The translations under genes and the position numbers were made by a program. This document shows positions 60,792 to 64,000 of a stretch of 64,000 bases of DNA, in pieces. This DNA comes from an uncultured Bacilli bacterium. Lineage in GTDB: Bacteria > Bacillota_I > Bacilli_A > RF39 > UBA660. Location: assembly GCA_934130165.1 (NCBI GenBank), contig CAKOXO010000004.1, positions 51,415 through 115,414 of the forward strand, given 5' to 3'. Numbering within the stretch: the stretch's first letter is position 1; every line of letters starts with the position of its first letter. Below the pieces are notes generated by a model. That model did no database searches. It was not told the DNA's origin and was given only the letters and a program-made list of their open reading frames with translations.

Positions 60792-61493
60792 TTACTCCAT
60801 AACCTTAAAGTGATTTCCACTATCTAAATATAATATTCCTTTTCTTCCTTCTAATTGTTTTAATACATCATTATAATAATTAATCATTTTGAATTTTGTT
60901 AATGTTAGATAGACACTATTACCATCATCCATATATAACAAGAACCTATCTTTATCATACTCATTTGGTAAATATGTAATTTCAGAAACTTTTCCAAGAA
61001 TTGATTTATCTATTTTAGTCATATTCTTTTTAAATGTTGAATACTTGGTATTTGGTACATAATTCATTAATCTTGGAACTCTAAATAAAGTAATTTCATC
61101 TTCAATAGGAACTTCTTTTTTATTTTCAAAAACAAGTTTTTTATCAGTTTCATATATAAATAAAGGTTGGTTTTCCTTAACTGTAATTGTTAGTGTATGA
61201 TAAAATCCTTTGCTTACTTTTACTTTTTCTATATATGGACTTTTTTCTAATTTATTTTTAATTTTTTTACTAGTTGTATAGTAAAAACTTGGATAATCTT
61301 CTAAATCAGCAAGATATAATATATAGTCGTCTTTTAGATACTTAGTATTTTTAATTGTTATATTTTTTATACTAGTATTCAAATATAAATCCACAGCAAA
61401 AACAATAACTCCTAATATTATTAGTATTAGAAGTAGTCTAAAAACTTTTAATTTCTTTTTCTTGACTATTTTTTTTGCCATAATTACTCCCAA
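60792..61493 (-). CDS. divIB: cell division protein DivIB/FtsQ
   Basis: Lys-rich cytoplasmic N-terminus, a transmembrane helix 'LLLILIILGVIVFAVDLYL', and a POTRA-like region. It sits between murB and ftsA in the dcw cluster. Confidence 0.65.
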   Translation of the reverse strand: MGVIMAKKIVKKKKLKVFRLLLILIILGVIVFAVDLYLNTSIKNITIKNTKYLKDDYILYLADLEDYPSFYYTTSKKIKNKLEKSPYIEKVKVSKGFYHTLTITVKENQPLFIYETDKKLVFENKKEVPIEDEITLFRVPRLMNYVPNTKYSTFKKNMTKIDKSILGKVSEITYLPNEYDKDRFLLYMDDGNSVYLTLTKFKMINYYNDVLKQLEGRKGILYLDSGNHFKVME

Positions 61494-62392
61494 TTAACAA
61501 ATTCTTGTTCTACTTTTAAATCAACATTGTAATTTTTTTTAACTTCTTCTTTTGCATAATCTATTAAATACTTTATATCTTCACTTTTTGCTTTACCTGT
61601 TTTATTTATAATAAAGTTGGCATGCTTATCACTAATCATTGCACCACCTTTTTTCATCCCCTTTAAGCCTAACTTTTCAATCAACTCACCAGCATACATA
61701 TTGGGTGGATTTCTAAATACACTACCAGCACTTGGATAATTTAATGGTTGTGAAGAAAGTCTTCTTTTTAGTCTTTGCTTCATTAAATCCTCTATAGCAC
61801 TTCTTGTACCATTATCCAATTTTATATTAGCTTCTAGACAAATAAATGATGGATGAGTTTTAAAAAATGATGTCCTGTAATGAAAATTAAGTTCTTTATT
61901 TTCTAATTCTATTATTCTATAATCCGGCGTTAAAACTCTAACACTTTTTACAATATATCCCATATCACTTTTATACGCTCCAGCATTCATAAAAACAGCT
62001 CCACCAACAGTTCCAGGAATTCCTGATGCAAATTCTAACCCAGTTAATGAATTTTTAGCAGCAAGTCTTGATAATTTCATTAGTGAGTACCCTGCTTCAA
62101 CTTTAATTCTATTATCTACTATTTCAATACTATCAAATTCAGATAATTTTATAAGAACTCCTTCAAACAATTTATCACTAAACAATAAATTTGAACCATT
62201 TCCTAATATTTTGTATTTGATATTATTTTTTCTAATTATTTTAAGTAAGCAAATTAATTTTTCTACGTTTTTAGGATATACAATTAAGCTAGCCATTCCT
62301 CCAGCCTTATATGTGGTGTATTTATCTAATGAAATATTTTCTTCTAATTTACCTATATTTTCTTTTTTTATTTGTTCTATTATATTATTCAT
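61484..62392 (-). CDS. murB: UDP-N-acetylenolpyruvoylglucosamine reductase MurB
   Basis: FAD-binding 'ILGNGSNLLF', 'GIPGTVGGAVFMNAGAY', and a C-terminal 'ISDKHANFIIN'. Confidence 0.9.
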   Translation of the reverse strand: MNNIIEQIKKENIGKLEENISLDKYTTYKAGGMASLIVYPKNVEKLICLLKIIRKNNIKYKILGNGSNLLFSDKLFEGVLIKLSEFDSIEIVDNRIKVEAGYSLMKLSRLAAKNSLTGLEFASGIPGTVGGAVFMNAGAYKSDMGYIVKSVRVLTPDYRIIELENKELNFHYRTSFFKTHPSFICLEANIKLDNGTRSAIEDLMKQRLKRRLSSQPLNYPSAGSVFRNPPNMYAGELIEKLGLKGMKKGGAMISDKHANFIINKTGKAKSEDIKYLIDYAKEEVKKNYNVDLKVEQEFVNWE

Positions 62393-63477
62393 TATGCTTC
62401 TTCCTTAATAACTTTTTTTACTTCTTCATAGAATTTGGTTGCTGAAGATGGCATTCCTAGTTTTAGAGAATTTTTTTTCATTTCGTTATAAAGAGTTTTA
62501 TTATTTAAAATATCATCTACTAATGGAACTATAACTTCAGGGCAAAAATCTTTCTCACTTACTAATTTAGACGCTTTATAATCTTCTAGTTCCTTGGCAT
62601 TTAAATATTGATGATTATTAGTAACATAAGGAGATGGTACTAATATAGATGGAAGTCCTATAGCAGTAATTTCTGCAATAGTAGATGCCCCTGCTCTGGA
62701 AATAATTAAATCTGTTTTCTTTAAGAGATTTATCATATTTTCCAAAAATGGAACTATTTTTACATTCTTACTTAAATTAATTTTTTTAAATTCATCATAA
62801 TATGATTTACCTGTTACTATAAGAACTTGATAATCTTTATCTTTAAAATGTGGTATTAATTTCTTAATTTTTTTAGTCATAGTTGTTGATCCTAATGATC
62901 CCATTACAATCAAAACTAGTTTTTTATCTTCATCAAGTCCAAAATCTTTTTTTAGAGCTGGTTTTATATTAATAACTTCCTCACTTCTAGGATTCCCAGT
63001 ATAGACCGTTTTTTCTTTATCAAAGTATGAAACAGTATTTGGAAGAGATACACAAACTTTATCTGCATATTTTGATATCAATTTATTTGATACTCCTGGA
63101 ACAGAGTTTTGTTCATGAATTATAGTTTTAATTTTAAGTTTATGTGCCGCTATAAGTACTGGTGCAGTTATATATCCACCAACGCCAATTACAACATCTG
63201 GTCTAAATTCCTTGATTACTTTTTTGGCCTTTTTTATGGCCTTTTTATATTTTATGAAAACACTAATATTTTTAAATATCTTTTTTCTATTTATTCCTTC
63301 CATTTCAATACCAACATACTTAATACCAAGTTTGGGAACAATATCTTTCTCCATTCTATCAGTGGTACCTATGTATAATATGTCACAATCTTTTTCTTGT
63401 TTTACTATCTTATTAATAATAGCTAAAGCTGGATAGATATGACCTCCTGTACCACCAGCTGATATAACAACTTTCAT
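62392..63477 (-). CDS. murG: undecaprenyldiphospho-muramoylpentapeptide beta-N-acetylglucosaminyltransferase MurG
   Basis: 'VVISAGGTGGHIYPALAI' and 'GVGGYITAPVLIAA'. Confidence 0.9.
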   Translation of the reverse strand: MKVVISAGGTGGHIYPALAIINKIVKQEKDCDILYIGTTDRMEKDIVPKLGIKYVGIEMEGINRKKIFKNISVFIKYKKAIKKAKKVIKEFRPDVVIGVGGYITAPVLIAAHKLKIKTIIHEQNSVPGVSNKLISKYADKVCVSLPNTVSYFDKEKTVYTGNPRSEEVINIKPALKKDFGLDEDKKLVLIVMGSLGSTTMTKKIKKLIPHFKDKDYQVLIVTGKSYYDEFKKINLSKNVKIVPFLENMINLLKKTDLIISRAGASTIAEITAIGLPSILVPSPYVTNNHQYLNAKELEDYKASKLVSEKDFCPEVIVPLVDDILNNKTLYNEMKKNSLKLGMPSSATKFYEEVKKVIKEEA

Positions 63478-63549
63478 ATAATCACTTCCTTAATAGTTAC
63501 ACTATATACTATGTTAAATTATGTAAAAAAAGAAGACTCTAGTTGAATC

Positions 63550-64000
63550 TTAATCTGTTAAAGCTTGATCACTTTGAATAGCATCAACTCTTATTTTACC
63601 ATGAAAATGTAATCCCATAGATTCTTCTGTTGTATCCTTACTTAACCATAACCTTAATGAATATTCCTTTTCTTCACCCGCTTTAATAGTTCCTGATGTT
63701 AAGACTCCATTTTTAGCACTTAAATTATCTATAACAGGGGTTGTGTTATCTTCAATAAAAGAATATCTAATTTTATCCCAAGAAAGTTTTTTTGTTAGAC
63801 AATTGTCACTTTTATAATATTCATCATCATCAAACATCAATATTCTAAATTTAGCATCTGCAGTACCAGTATTTTGCAAAGAAAATGTGTAAGGTTCCAT
63901 CTGTTGACCATTACTATCACTAGTTGGAATAGTATTTTCTAGTGATATAGCCGAGCTTTTTTCATCCAACTTCAATAATAAAGTTCCTGTTTTAATATAA
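63550..64000 (-). CDS. secreted beta-rich protein, paralog of the gene at 31732-32328; its 5' end runs off the window
   Basis: The reading frame stays open upstream of the track's TTG start through to position 64000. Shared blocks with the gene at 31732-32328 are listed there. Confidence 0.4.
   Translation of the reverse strand, partial: YIKTGTLLLKLDEKSSAISLENTIPTSDSNGQQMEPYTFSLQNTGTADAKFRILMFDDDEYYKSDNCLTKKLSWDKIRYSFIEDNTTPVIDNLSAKNGVLTSGTIKAGEEKEYSLRLWLSKDTTEESMGLHFHGKIRVDAIQSDQALTD

Noticed and set aside
1-64000. Search for CRISPR arrays, rRNA, tRNA and IS elements
   Set aside because: No regularly spaced direct repeats were seen. No intergenic region was long enough or structured enough for a tRNA or rRNA. 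No transposase-like ORFs or terminal inverted repeats were seen. The many A and T homopolymers are ordinary for this base composition.

Overview
This is a very AT-rich (~25% GC) chromosomal segment from a spore-forming low-GC Firmicute. Almost all genes sit on the minus strand. No rRNA or tRNA gene and no CRISPR array was found.

The backbone shows Bacillus-like housekeeping and sporulation synteny:
- proS(partial)-aspS-hisS behind a T-box leader
- queH, a ZIP-family zinc transporter, and rlmD-like
- a gerA-type germinant receptor operon
- ylbL | ylbJ
- lepA, a SpoIIID-like gene and hemW
- yqxA-like, spoIIP and gpr, divergent from rpsT
- recD2 and mtaB
- spoVB-like, trmK-sigA-dnaG, and ftsZ-ftsA ... 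divIB-murB-murG

Accessory or lineage-specific material is interleaved with this backbone:
1. A tandem pair of truncated M3-like HExxH peptidases.
2. A four-gene cassette with duplicated cytoplasmic Cys/His (NlpC/P60-like) proteins flanking a surface-anchored protein and a polytopic membrane protein.
3. A RhuM gene broken at a (TA)n repeat.
4. A HAD-hydrolase plus twin P-loop kinase cassette.
5. A catalytically degenerate iPGM homolog.
6. A ComG/type-IV-pilus-like module (short ATPase with a long N/S/T-rich tail, two pseudopilins, and a distant major pilin).
7. A protein built from tandem SpoIIID-like helix-turn-helix repeats.
8. A cysteine-rich surface protein inserted in the dcw cluster, whose sigma-A-like promoter carries an 11-nt poly-G/C tract in its spacer.

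About the ORF track: its start codons include GTG and TTG, and several starts were moved to downstream ATGs with good ribosome-binding sites. All family assignments are from motif recognition by eye with no database search.
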